A stretch of DNA of 62,578 nt, filler included, from Dirinaria sp. TL-2023a (lineage: Eukaryota), in NCBI GenBank assembly GCA_051941275.1. It is 6 parts of 6 records of this genome, joined end to end, with 100 filler letters (N's around TTAATTAATTAA, not from the genome) between each part and the next. Parts side by side here need not be neighbours in the genome. Positions count along the whole stretch, not along the records: positions 31,383 to 41,722 come from JAVEBF010000949.1; positions 41,823 to 52,152 come from JAVEBF010000950.1; 4 more parts are not named here. One strand, 5' to 3'. Positions 38,654-49,194 of this stretch are shown here, one piece after another; position 1 is the first letter of the stretch, and each line of letters begins with the position of its first letter. The notes beneath the pieces were generated by a model. The model was given only the letters and a program-made list of their open reading frames with translations. It was not told the DNA's origin and searched no databases. Position numbers and translations under genes: made by a program.

Positions 38654-40119
38654 ATGTCGCTTCCTCCAGAGAGTCTTTCAATTAAGAGACGCCGTGACGA
38701 GGATCCTGTAGATTGCCTGTGTAAGCTCGCAGTACGAATCAGTCATTTCTCCCGGAATCTGACGTGAGATAGATTTGCAACAGAAACGATTTAAATCCGA
38801 CTTCATTTACACCAGAGTTCAACAAGACCAGTCGCTCAACCATGACATTCCCGTATATCGATCGCAGACTGGGCCGGACAGACCAAGTCTCCCTAAAAAT
38901 AACTCTTCCAACCTTAAAGTACCCACCGTAAAGGCTACTTTACCTGGCGCGGAATATGTCACTAGGATTCAAGAGAAGCCATTTCTTGACGAAAGTACAA
39001 TCCCTGATGGCCAAGGCTCACCAGTTACCACCAAAAACTTGAATGGACGTCTGCAGAGGGCTGTGGCACCTAGTCGAACGCGTCGATTCCACCTGACGAG
39101 AGGTGCGTTCCTATCGCCAAGCCACGTTGAAGCCGGCCATGGCGTTAGTAAGCGCAAGGCGAAGACACCAAGTCGCTCTCCTGTCTTCGTCGAGAAGAAA
39201 ACCAAGGAGTTATTCCTTCGGGCTCAGAGTTCGGAACACATCAATCAGCAACGCGATCTTGGGGATCCCGCGAGACCACTGTTTGTGCGGGACGATAAGG
39301 CTCCAGGAACATTATCAAAAAGGCCGAATGCAACAGAGGAAGAAATAGCCTGGACCAAGCTGGCGGATGTGAGCAAAAATAATAGCGAGCAAGCCCACAC
39401 AGCTGGTGCCGAACAGTTAGCGGTCACAGAGGAAATGCTCGACATTGTCATCAAAATGAGTGAGGCTGCTCAGGATGTTGCAGCGCCTACGGGATTTCAG
39501 CCGACATTGACCGTCAAAGCGAACTCTCCCGCACGTCCTTCCCAACGAACTTTGCAGCCAAGCGACGCAACGCAGGACGCTGAGCTTATGGATGTAGGAG
39601 TGATTATGGCGAACGATGACGTTTATGTCTATGACACTTACCTTCGAGCCGCGGAGAACCGCGAAAATGTAACCCTAGACGTGTTTGATGGGCCAGGACG
39701 GACTGCGCCGCTCTCTATGCAAGCAGATAAGGTTGGAATCCTTGTAATTGATGAACAAAATGAACAAAACTGGGAGGAGTTCCTCGAAGACGCGCCGAGT
39801 GACAAGGACTGGGACACTGATGACGACGATGAAAACGGTGCGTCTGGGCTTCCAATCCTGTGTTGTACTGTATGGTGGAGCCATAAGCTCACTGATTGTT
39901 ACAGCGGAGGATTATTACGGTAATGATTATCCCGAGGATGAACTGGACTCTGATGACCAGTTTGAGCGGAACGCATACAGCTATAGGATTGATGCATCTG
40001 AGGACGAAGAGTTCGACAATGATTCTGATAGTCACTCGGATCCAGAGAGTATGCAGGATCTTTCCTGGAAGATCCAATTTGGTTTGAAAAGCCTGGGGAT
40101 ATCAGATGACAGTGACTAA
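38654..40119 (+). CDS. IWR1: Iwr1 (RNA polymerase II nuclear import factor), 3 exons
   Basis: N-terminal MSLPPESLSIKRRRDEDPVDCL|Y; C-terminal DVYVYDTY and DDDDEN|AEDYYGNDYPEDE acidic Iwr1 signature. Confidence 0.85.
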
Positions 40120-40558
40120 GATTGGGCACTTGTGGACGCTTCCGAACTCCGCGACAGGTGGATTGCTTTCACATATCGCGAAGTATCCTACAGAGTTGGG
40201 CGATGAATGCAAACGATTGGCAGCCGCCTTTTATCCTGTGTACTAAAGTCTGCGGTATCGAAGGAACGCCTAGAAAATCAGATAATCTTTTAAGTCAGGT
40301 ATACGACCTCCAGCGCTCCAAATGCCTCAGCTAACAATACTGTACGTGTACAACCACCAGTGGGTACCAGGGAGGAGAAAACAAAAACCAGCCATGTGTA
40401 AAGAACGGAGATCGCTGCTCCGACAGCAGCGAAGTCTATGGTCAGAGAACCGACTTGCACATTATCGACTCAAGGATCCACCGTGAGACATGATTACTTT
40501 TGAAGTGTCAGCATATCGTCCATCAATCCGGAAATTGCATACTTTTGGGGTTCAAATG

Positions 40559-41122
40559 TTAACGTCTCATCCATGGGTACACGAGTCCAGTCCGTGCTCG
40601 CATTCCATATTCTTGTACAGTAGAAGCCGATCTACTACGGTCTCTGACCTTTGGGATGTTGTTGTCATTGCAGCATCGGTAGTACTTGCACTGAATGCCA
40701 CCAAGTCCTTCACGATACCTATCCGGGAATTGCGCATTATACAGCCTGGTGATTTCCTGCCAGTCTAGCCCGAGGTCGATACGGTGGTACCAGATGAATA
40801 GTGTCTCCTCTTCGGAATAGGTGGGACGGAATTCGCGTCGTGTTCCCAAGGATCTCGGAGGGGACCGTCGAGTGCCATTCGGTGCTCTCCAATTGGAACC
40901 CGATCGTTCTCCGTTATAGACGCTGGAGCTGTCCTGGTGATGGCGAGACGGTGGCATATTCTGAGTCGATGGTCCGGCTTGGGTCGGATACCGAGCGGCG
41001 CTACTCCTGTCTTCGACGGAGGGGTTCAGGAGATTCTCGATGTCTATGCGTCGACGGCGTGGAGCACTGTCGTATGGCTGGCTATTGCCTCCGGAACTGT
41101 GTTCATCACGTCTCTGAGACAT
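40559..41122 (-). CDS. Small Myb/SANT-like putative transcription factor (187 aa)
   Basis: ATG at 41122; RPTYSEEETLFIWYHRIDLGLDWQEITRLYNAQFPDRYREGLGGIQCKYYR; N-terminal IDIENLLNP. Confidence 0.72.
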   Translation of the reverse strand: MSQRRDEHSSGGNSQPYDSAPRRRRIDIENLLNPSVEDRSSAARYPTQAGPSTQNMPPSRHHQDSSSVYNGERSGSNWRAPNGTRRSPPRSLGTRREFRPTYSEEETLFIWYHRIDLGLDWQEITRLYNAQFPDRYREGLGGIQCKYYRCCNDNNIPKVRDRSRSASTVQEYGMRARTGLVYPWMRR

Positions 41123-41722
41123 GGTCCTTTGGTTGATGGAGAGAAAGATCTGGTGTGCTTTACCACCTTGCGCGCAGGAGGACGAGGAGCAGGAAGAAGC
41201 AGAGGAGAACGAAGAGGAATATATCATTGCGTCGAGCGAGGCCACCACCACGATGTATCCCAACAGAGTGGGTCAGAGAAGGAATTCTGCCTGGAGCTAT
41301 GCAATGACACTCGAAGCGCCTCGAACTGGGCACCCGGCGTCTGCGTGCCAGGATGTGCCCCCGACCTGCAGAAGTGGACCTGTCAAACTGACCTTGCCGG
41401 GGAGATCTTCGTTGCCACGCCGTCGAACGCAGACCGTGGCTCCGCTCAATGCACGAGCTTGTGGCACCCTTCCCAAGAACACCTCCCACCCAATTCAGGA
41501 ACTCCCACTAATTTCGAGAGTGGGGACGAAGGTCGTTGAAGAACCTGGCCCCCAAAGATGCACAGTCGACAATCTGAGACAAGCAACCTAGCGTGACCGA
41601 TTGCAAGCCGCACTCATGGGGGCAATTATATCCGGGACCGAGCAGGGGGGAAATTTGTGTTTACGTGCTAGTCCAGGAATGTATGGTGAAGGGGGAGAGC
41701 TACTGAAACACGTCCAGAAATG

Positions 41723-41822
41723 NNNNNNNNNNNNNNNNNNNNNNNNNNNNNNNNNNNNNNNNNNNNTTAATTAATTAANNNNNNNNNNNNNNNNNNNNNN
41801 NNNNNNNNNNNNNNNNNNNNNN
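41723..41822. other. Artificial contig linker
   Basis: N44-TTAATTAATTAA-N44. Confidence 0.98.
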
Positions 41823-43088
41823 AGTGTGGACTGAGAGGGCTGATTTGGAGGGCTGGTATGATGAGGAGAGAAAAAGTTGTTGTGGTGAGGGGCGGGAAAT
41901 CGATGGTTTTATTTCAAAGAGGAAAAAGGGATGTTCCTGGTAATTCTGGAATATTGGAAGAGAGGTATTTGGAGCAAGAAAGAAAAAAGCAGAGGAGAGT
42001 GGAGTTATATAGCCATGATCGACAGAAGCAATTGATGATTGATGTGTGATGGCAGAGGAAGGAAAGATTCTGATCTGACTGGATTTTCGCTTCCATAATT
42101 TGATACCTGAATGCTTGCTTCATTGTAAGAGTCCTTTCATGGCGTTCTCGTATCAGGCCATTTCAGAGAATATAATGTGAATCGTGAAGAAGCGAGATTG
42201 GAAAAGAGCTTATCACACATACCAGGCCAAGTCCCCATCTCTCTCTTCATCTTCTTTCTCATTACCTTCTTCACCCACTACTTCCTCTGTTGCAAAGTTC
42301 CATCATCCATCTCTTGCGCACTTTGGAGATCCCAGTAGGTTCTTTCCAAAGGATATAAAAATCACACTCACATGCCAAAACGCAAAATCTGGCAACGTGA
42401 GCTCGGCTGTTGTTGGGGGGGAAGAGTTTCCCAAGATCATTTGAACACATGTCCATCACGAGGTCTTGAAATTCATTACATTGGCATCTTTCTGCCCTTC
42501 TTCCGCTGAAAAGAGAAACGAAGTTGAGATTGCTGATAAATGCTTGCATAATAAGTCAAAATACCTCTTGAGGAACAAGAATATGAAAAACATAAAAACC
42601 TAAAGAAAGAGAGAGAAAAAGAACAACCAATTTATTTTTCTCGATCCTCGAAACCTTTCGCCTGTGATAGAATCAAGGAGAATGAAAGCGTGAAAGCTTC
42701 GCTCGCGCTTACCCATTATTAACTCGCTTGCAAAATCCCATCCATCCCCGGACCTGGAGCAATGTTTCGATGGTTTACTCAATTCTCCTGCGTCGCTTAC
42801 GATCTGGTAGCGTCATCAAAAGGGTATCATTGCATGCGTCAGGCCGTCATAATAGCAAAGGGTTCCAAGCAGATTCGTTCAAGTTCTAGCTGGTAAGGAA
42901 AGGCGTTGGAACGGGATAGCGCGTATCGCATTCGATGCAGCATGTCGGTAATTGGGTAGGGTTATAAAGGACCATCGCATTCTAGCCGCTGTCTTCGGCA
43001 GTATTCTTAGACTTGCAGACACAGGTGTCTCTTGTCACACCGATAATGTTTGTATGACCTACGCAGACTGTCAGAAGTCCGAACGGAC

Positions 43089-44063
43089 ATGCCTTCCACG
43101 CAATGGTCCCTCATCGTGATGTCGGTCACTTGGTTCTTATTTGCGTCTCCGAATCCGATCAGCAGTTACGCCTCATATCCGAGACCCAGGGACCTCACAA
43201 TCCCACTCAATGGATCTGATGAGACCTTCCGAGCCGTAGGACAGTGGGACAAAGTCCCCTTGGATGAGACAGCATGCATAATGACCAGCTTCTGGGCCAT
43301 GCGCGAGCTGGCACTGCTCGATTTTGACCATCAGCGTATAGAGAAATCAACGTTTGCTCATCCAAGGTTCCCCGAAGTTGGTTTGACCCTCATACCGTGG
43401 AAGGATAGCAAGGATCTCTCCGTTGCAAATGCCTTACGATTGATTGCTGCGTCTTTTCGCAACGTGTTGGGAAATAATCGTTTCAAAGGCGTGCAATTCG
43501 ATGGTTATCAGGGTCGTCAGGCTGTTGGGAGCCTTGTGCTAGCTCCCATGACTCCGTCAACACGAGAACTCAACCAAAACGGCTCAATGCTTCAGCAGCG
43601 GCACCTCTCCGTTATGAAGGATCAAAGCACTATATCTTTTCCCCTGTCGAACAACACCCCGACAATTGCATCACTTGGAAACGACAAACTTTGGGCTTAT
43701 GTGATTTACCTCAACAATGAGATCGCCAGAAGAGATTTACTAATGCTGATGATGTGGGTACTCTTGAAGCTTGGTCCGTTTCCAATTGACCAGCCTATTG
43801 CTAATTGGCAAATATCTGGCGAAAACTTTGATTCGGGTAAAACAGTATCCACATGGCATAGAGCAGTCGCAAAGAAGGCATCCCCGATGACTAATGGCGA
43901 TCTCGTTTCTTTCTTCGCTCATCTGCCGGAAGTCTTGCTGAAAGATGAGAAATGGCACGAGCTGGCCATTGTCACCAGACACAACGATCCCAAGGGTGTG
44001 GTTTTAGCTCGAGGGTCAATTCGAACAGCGCAGGCATCTTCGATCAATGTGACTTCTGCGTGA
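43089..44063 (+). CDS. Orphan secreted protein (324 aa), apparently two internal modules
   Basis: TATAAA at 42963; ATG at 43089; hydrophobic leader WSLIVMSVTWFLFASPNP; N-glycosylation sequons; intronless. Confidence 0.75.
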   Translation: MPSTQWSLIVMSVTWFLFASPNPISSYASYPRPRDLTIPLNGSDETFRAVGQWDKVPLDETACIMTSFWAMRELALLDFDHQRIEKSTFAHPRFPEVGLTLIPWKDSKDLSVANALRLIAASFRNVLGNNRFKGVQFDGYQGRQAVGSLVLAPMTPSTRELNQNGSMLQQRHLSVMKDQSTISFPLSNNTPTIASLGNDKLWAYVIYLNNEIARRDLLMLMMWVLLKLGPFPIDQPIANWQISGENFDSGKTVSTWHRAVAKKASPMTNGDLVSFFAHLPEVLLKDEKWHELAIVTRHNDPKGVVLARGSIRTAQASSINVTSA

Positions 44064-45565
44064 TAGCTTCCACTGCAAAAAAAAGACTCTCCAAATAGCT
44101 GGATTATCAGTCCATCTCTTCGTTTCAGAATTGCAATCTTTGGAGGGAAAAGAAAAAGAAGCTCGAGAGAGAGTAACTGGATAGAAGCAACAGATTGGTG
44201 TCGATCCGAGAAAACCTAGCTTGAGGTACCTTGGGCTCCGTTGATCCAGCAAATCACTTCACGAGACCCGTGAGCTTATCTAGAGCAGGCTCTTCAATTA
44301 TCTTGAACATGAATCCAACAGTCTTACAGACTCCTATAAATCTCTGTTTCGTTTAGCAAAAGTCTCATCTTTGCATATGAGATATCGCAGAGGACTCTTG
44401 ATATTATGCTAGTCAATCCAAAAACGACATTCATTGAAAGAAAGACTTCCCATGAATGGGCTTGCTTTAAAGTTCTTGCCAGCTTCTTTGTTAAGTTCGG
44501 GAGGGAATGCTACTTTGGGAGGATACCCTCCTCGCCGCTTTCCCCTGGATGCTCGCTAATACAACTAATTGCGGCTTTGGTTGACTGGGAAGCATCGACC
44601 ATGAGCAAGTGAACCTCTAGGCATCCGCCGTTCTGACTACTAAGCCTTTATATATTGCTCGCGTCCGACATATGCCTGCGCTGAAGGGTATAGAAAAGCA
44701 CCAATCTCGTAGAGCGCAATCAATACGGTAGCTTGGAGTGTTTCCAGGGACAATAAGTTTTGAGTGATAAGTATTTCAAGGAGTCGGCAGCTCATAACTA
44801 TGTAGCGCCGAAATCGGCATGTTCAGATTCTCTATCGTTGGTTGGACAATGAGCTTCATACAGGATGCCTACAATAGGTGGCAATTCTACCCGAACAACG
44901 CCAAGATATATGTACTCGTACAGTCGCGCTCTCACGAAACAATCATCTCCTCCCTCGGCCCCCTTTTTTTACCCCTCGTCACTGAAGAAGGATTCGAATT
45001 GACTACAGTAGTGGGAAACCCCCGAAAATGTATATGATGTCGTACTCTGCCTGTGGCTATACGAATATAAGGCTGATCGGAACATCTTGTTGCTGTGACA
45101 GGTAATCTGAAGGAGAATTTTGCGCTGGGGGGTGTGGAACTTCAATCTAGAGGAGCTAGAATGGAAAAGAAATGTAAGGTATCATGTCAGCAAATATTCA
45201 TTAGCGTGTCATAGGGTTGCTGGTCCAAGATGCTGTTCCCATTTAGGTCATTGAAATTTTCTTCTTTCGCGATAAGGAAAGCGTGTGACGCGGAAGAAGG
45301 ATTTCAGCTCAGGTCGTCTTGTCTGGAACTACGATATTGGCGAATTTCGAAGCTCGTAGGAGGGATTATATAGTGATGTATAATTTTTGGTATGCTGGAG
45401 GCTTGCCGTAAGAGAAATAGATCGCTTGTGGCAGCAAGAAATATCGGTGCCCCGGAGTAGTTTGATGTTCGAACCGAGCATCTCATCGATTCAGATCTGC
45501 CCGAACTGCATTCACGAGTCAAAAAGCTTTGCTGATTGATCTGAATATGCTGCGAGGTGACAACC

Positions 45566-46126
45566 TCATGTACTCGACGGAGTATTCGCCGGCTTCAGTG
45601 TTGCATGCGCCACCTCCAACCCTCGCTCATAGACCTGCAGCGAGATCCCACAAACCTGATCCAGCGTCCTCAAGATCTGCGCCATCCCCAAGAACGTCCT
45701 CACAACGGTCGAATAATACAGCGGTGGCGTCCCAGAAGCCCCGTACCTCGTGACATCTAAAGACACGCCGTGCTGTTCTTGTCCATAGGTGTCGGCTCGC
45801 ACGGGTCCGTCGCCGTGATCGTACAACGCCGTAGCGTAGAGTTCTGCAAGCGATTCGACGATGCAAGCGAAGACGTTTCGAGCGACCATGTTTCGGTAGT
45901 ACCAGACTACAATGAGCTCGGTGTCTGTGTTGGGGATGGGCCAGACGAATGGAACTGGTGGGCGCGCTCGGAGGATGTTGAGGGAGGCGGTGCTTGAGTT
46001 TGGTAGTGGCGGTGCAGGGGATAGTAGGAGCGAAATATTATGGACGGGGAGGTTGCAAGAGGCTTGCTTTAGGAGAAAGATCATGAAGCAGACTTGAAGA
46101 AGAAGGGAATAGAGCCAACAGTTCAT
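45566..46126 (-). CDS. Orphan small secreted protein (186 aa)
   Basis: ATG at 46126; signal peptide MNCWLYSLLLQVCFMIFLLKQASC; Pro/Ser pro-region with NxS sequons, then an alpha/beta-like domain. Confidence 0.72.
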   Translation of the reverse strand: MNCWLYSLLLQVCFMIFLLKQASCNLPVHNISLLLSPAPPLPNSSTASLNILRARPPVPFVWPIPNTDTELIVVWYYRNMVARNVFACIVESLAELYATALYDHGDGPVRADTYGQEQHGVSLDVTRYGASGTPPLYYSTVVRTFLGMAQILRTLDQVCGISLQVYERGLEVAHATLKPANTPSST

Positions 46127-46800
46127 AGTGCCGAACAAAAGGCATCATGCTTAGAACACATGCTATCAGTACATGGTGTTATCAATGACGATGTAAGGAA
46201 ATCAAAGAGATCTCGGATACGAGTGAGCTTCGTCTTGGTGAAAGTGAGTGATTTGTCTACAGCTGCTAGCGATTCGCGATAAGCGAAGACTGCTGCGTGA
46301 CCGACTTCAAAATTGGTAGTGCGTGTGCAGCATGGACCCAATCGTTCGATGACAGCCCGTACGGGCCAGGGAACCGCGGCTAAGGCGTCGGATCGCATTG
46401 TGTAATGCTTTTCTCCCCATTTCTCATATTTTGATGTACGTGGGGTGTATTGAATCCGATGCGGTGGAATTTCTGCACTGATGGCTCTCTCGGCTATTAG
46501 AGTTTGATAACTACCAGAAGGAAAGTTACTTTTTATGAAGAGATTGCTGCGTTAACCGTATTAACAGGGTACTTGATCAAGGAACTACTGACTTTGAACT
46601 CTTGGGAATATTCAAAGAATGATGATTTCAAAAACTATATACTACTGACATGAAATTGTTTGCATGCAGAAACGAATGGAGCTATGTACAAAATAGGGAA
46701 GGTGTAAACTATAGAATGCTTGATGCGGCTGCTCGGTGATGATAATTACTGGTAGAATTAGGAAAGAAGCGACTGGCTTCGAGTCTGATGATGGCCGAGA

Positions 46801-49194
46801 TCAAGCGTCCTCGAACAAAGCAATGGTGGAGCAGAAATTGTCGCGATTGGCTGCTTGAGGCACCGCGGCTTTGCCGTCAACGGTAACCATGTTTGTGCTG
46901 GCTTTGGTGCTCAAACCCCATAGATAGACATCGCTGGAACACTCCACACTAACCATGTTCTCTTGGCAGCTTTCCGTTGTGGCGCACGTTTGATCCCAGT
47001 TGTCGAAGAAGGAATACAGACCGGCACCGTAGACGAGGATATCGGAGCTACTGAGCACTCGGAGACCCCACGCTTTCTTGCAAGCGTTAGTTGTGCACGA
47101 GGCGAACGTGGGGTCGTTGAAAGCGGCTTGGGGCGCGAAAGCGGCGGTGGCGACTGGGTTGGCTTGCATGTACGGCGTCTCGGTTTGGATGATGCCCATG
47201 TAGACGTTCTTGGCATTGGCGACCTGGTAATTGTAGAGCTGCGAGTGCTCGGAGCTGGTCCCGTACATCCAGACTGGACCCTGGCTCTCGACGAGGACAC
47301 CGCGGCCGTTGTAAATGTCGATTTGATTATGATCGGGGAGGTCAAGCTCGTGGTCGGCAACCCAGAACCAGTTGTTCTCGAGATAGATGGATGCTTGCTT
47401 GGTCACGTGGAGCATGAGGAAAGCACCATCGCACTTGGGGAAGTCAGATGCTGTCGCGTTTGGGTTCTTGGTGCATGTATCTGATTGCAGAGCCGTTCCA
47501 GCAGAGCCTCCGATGCGGACGTGAACATCCCACATTCCAGAAGAACCTTGGGAGCTTGCACCTACGTTCCATTCGATCATGATAGCGCCAGGTTGGGCCC
47601 CCTTTGTTTCAAAAATGAGATCGCTCACCTCGACAGCGCCGGAGTCCCCTGGCTGCCCAACTTGAAACACTGGCTTCGGTTTGGACTGATCAGAGAAGGC
47701 AGCGCCCGAAGCCATGATGAGCGGCCAGATTTCGCCGACAATTTTAATGTTCTTTGGCACTTTCACCGTGTCCGAGACGACATACGCGCCGTGATCGAAG
47801 TAGACGATCTGACCAGAGGTAGCAGCGTTAAAGATCGCTTGAATCGCTGCAGTGTCATCTGTGGTGCCGTCGCCCTTCGCGCCTTTGGATTTGACGGACA
47901 CGAAGGATGAGGAAGAGACTCCTTCATACTGTGGCTTGGACCGTCGATAGATAGATTGTGAAGCATCCAGCAGTGAAGAGGGTTTATTCGGCGCAGTGAG
48001 TGCTCCACGAACCTTGACTTGAGACGCGGCGCCGGCTGTGCTGCTGGTGCTGTTGCAAGTGGATGAGTCAGTGCCAGTGGTATATGCGTTACCCTGAGCC
48101 CATGATGCAACCTTAGAACCTCCAGCAAGCACAGATGTGTTTTTATTGTCAGCGACACCGGTTGCACAGTTTGTGAAATCGACGTTATCAAGGATCAGGG
48201 TGCCGCCAGTAGCAGGCACGTTGCCACTCGGCGAGTATGCCGTGACAATGCCAGTTTTTGTGCCTGGGAAGCTTGAATCTTGAACGATAACCGAGCCCAC
48301 AGTCTGGTTCGTTGGGGCGTTCGACATGTCAATACCAACGCCGCAATTATTGACCGTGATGGACTTGAGATTCCACAACCAGTTCCAATTCATGAAGACC
48401 GCAGTTTGACAGTCGTTGAACGTAAGATTGCTGGTGGTAAATTGTTGGTTTCCAAGGAATGCGCCGTAATGACCGCCATTGAATGTTAGATCGGTCATCC
48501 AGCCACCAGATCCACTGTCCATGAAGATTCCTTGTTGTTTGTTGTTGTCGCCGCCTTTAATCATCTCGAATCGAATGTTCTGCAAACTTGTCGCCTGGGC
48601 TACTTGCCAGTGAATGCCAGCGCCAGCGGTGGCTGGCATCCCTGTCAAGTCTATCACGAAATTTCTAATCTGGCGGAAGAAATTGTTTTGATTAGTGTAC
48701 CAGTTCTTACCCGTATTGTCGTAGGGGTCGGCATCGATAACTGCAATGCCCGCAAAGCTGGGCGCAGCTTTAATTGTCGGAAGTGTAAGAGCATCACCGA
48801 TGAATTGAGTGTAATAGAGTTGCACTATCGGCTTGCTAACGACGTAGGTCCCAGCAGGGAAGTATACAATCGCGGGAGTGACTGTGCTTGAATCGCAGCC
48901 TTGACCACAGCGGTTACCATCTGTGATAGCGGAGTTGATAGCTGCCGTGTCGTCAGATGACCCATCGCCCTTTGCGCCGTAGTCTTTGACATTTCGGTAG
49001 ATCTTGTATGATGAGTCACCAAATGCAACTGCACCGCTCCGTTGGATGTCGGCCACCCAGTAACTCGAGGCCTGGGCTGTTGCATTTACTGCTGCAGATG
49101 CTGCTGGCACCGCTTCAACCGGTGAAGAGGGCGCCAAAAGGAGAAGCCCAAGTCGCAAAGCCGCGAAAAGTGCGACAGAAGAGAAAGTGACCAT
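46801..49194 (-). CDS. GH55 exo-beta-1,3-glucanase (secreted, two beta-helix domains)
   Basis: Signal peptide; YRNVKDYGAKGDGSSDDTAAIN, NQNNFFRQIRNF, IHWQVAQATSLQN, second GAKGDGTTDDTAAIQ, WFWVADHELD, SEHSQLYNYQ, IQTETPY. Probable 5'UTR intron with donor at 49506. Confidence 0.96.
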   Translation of the reverse strand: MVTFSSVALFAALRLGLLLLAPSSPVEAVPAASAAVNATAQASSYWVADIQRSGAVAFGDSSYKIYRNVKDYGAKGDGSSDDTAAINSAITDGNRCGQGCDSSTVTPAIVYFPAGTYVVSKPIVQLYYTQFIGDALTLPTIKAAPSFAGIAVIDADPYDNTGKNWYTNQNNFFRQIRNFVIDLTGMPATAGAGIHWQVAQATSLQNIRFEMIKGGDNNKQQGIFMDSGSGGWMTDLTFNGGHYGAFLGNQQFTTSNLTFNDCQTAVFMNWNWLWNLKSITVNNCGVGIDMSNAPTNQTVGSVIVQDSSFPGTKTGIVTAYSPSGNVPATGGTLILDNVDFTNCATGVADNKNTSVLAGGSKVASWAQGNAYTTGTDSSTCNSTSSTAGAASQVKVRGALTAPNKPSSLLDASQSIYRRSKPQYEGVSSSSFVSVKSKGAKGDGTTDDTAAIQAIFNAATSGQIVYFDHGAYVVSDTVKVPKNIKIVGEIWPLIMASGAAFSDQSKPKPVFQVGQPGDSGAVEVSDLIFETKGAQPGAIMIEWNVGASSQGSSGMWDVHVRIGGSAGTALQSDTCTKNPNATASDFPKCDGAFLMLHVTKQASIYLENNWFWVADHELDLPDHNQIDIYNGRGVLVESQGPVWMYGTSSEHSQLYNYQVANAKNVYMGIIQTETPYMQANPVATAAFAPQAAFNDPTFASCTTNACKKAWGLRVLSSSDILVYGAGLYSFFDNWDQTCATTESCQENMVSVECSSDVYLWGLSTKASTNMVTVDGKAAVPQAANRDNFCSTIALFEDA

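Noticed and set aside
40937..41591. Plus-strand ORFs of 200 and 156 aa with an acidic run
   Set aside because: Antisense to the Myb-like gene and its pyrimidine-rich leader; no coding hallmarks.
44819..45037. 72-aa ORF between the two orphan secreted genes
   Set aside because: No signal peptide or recognisable motif; cannot be supported as a third family member.
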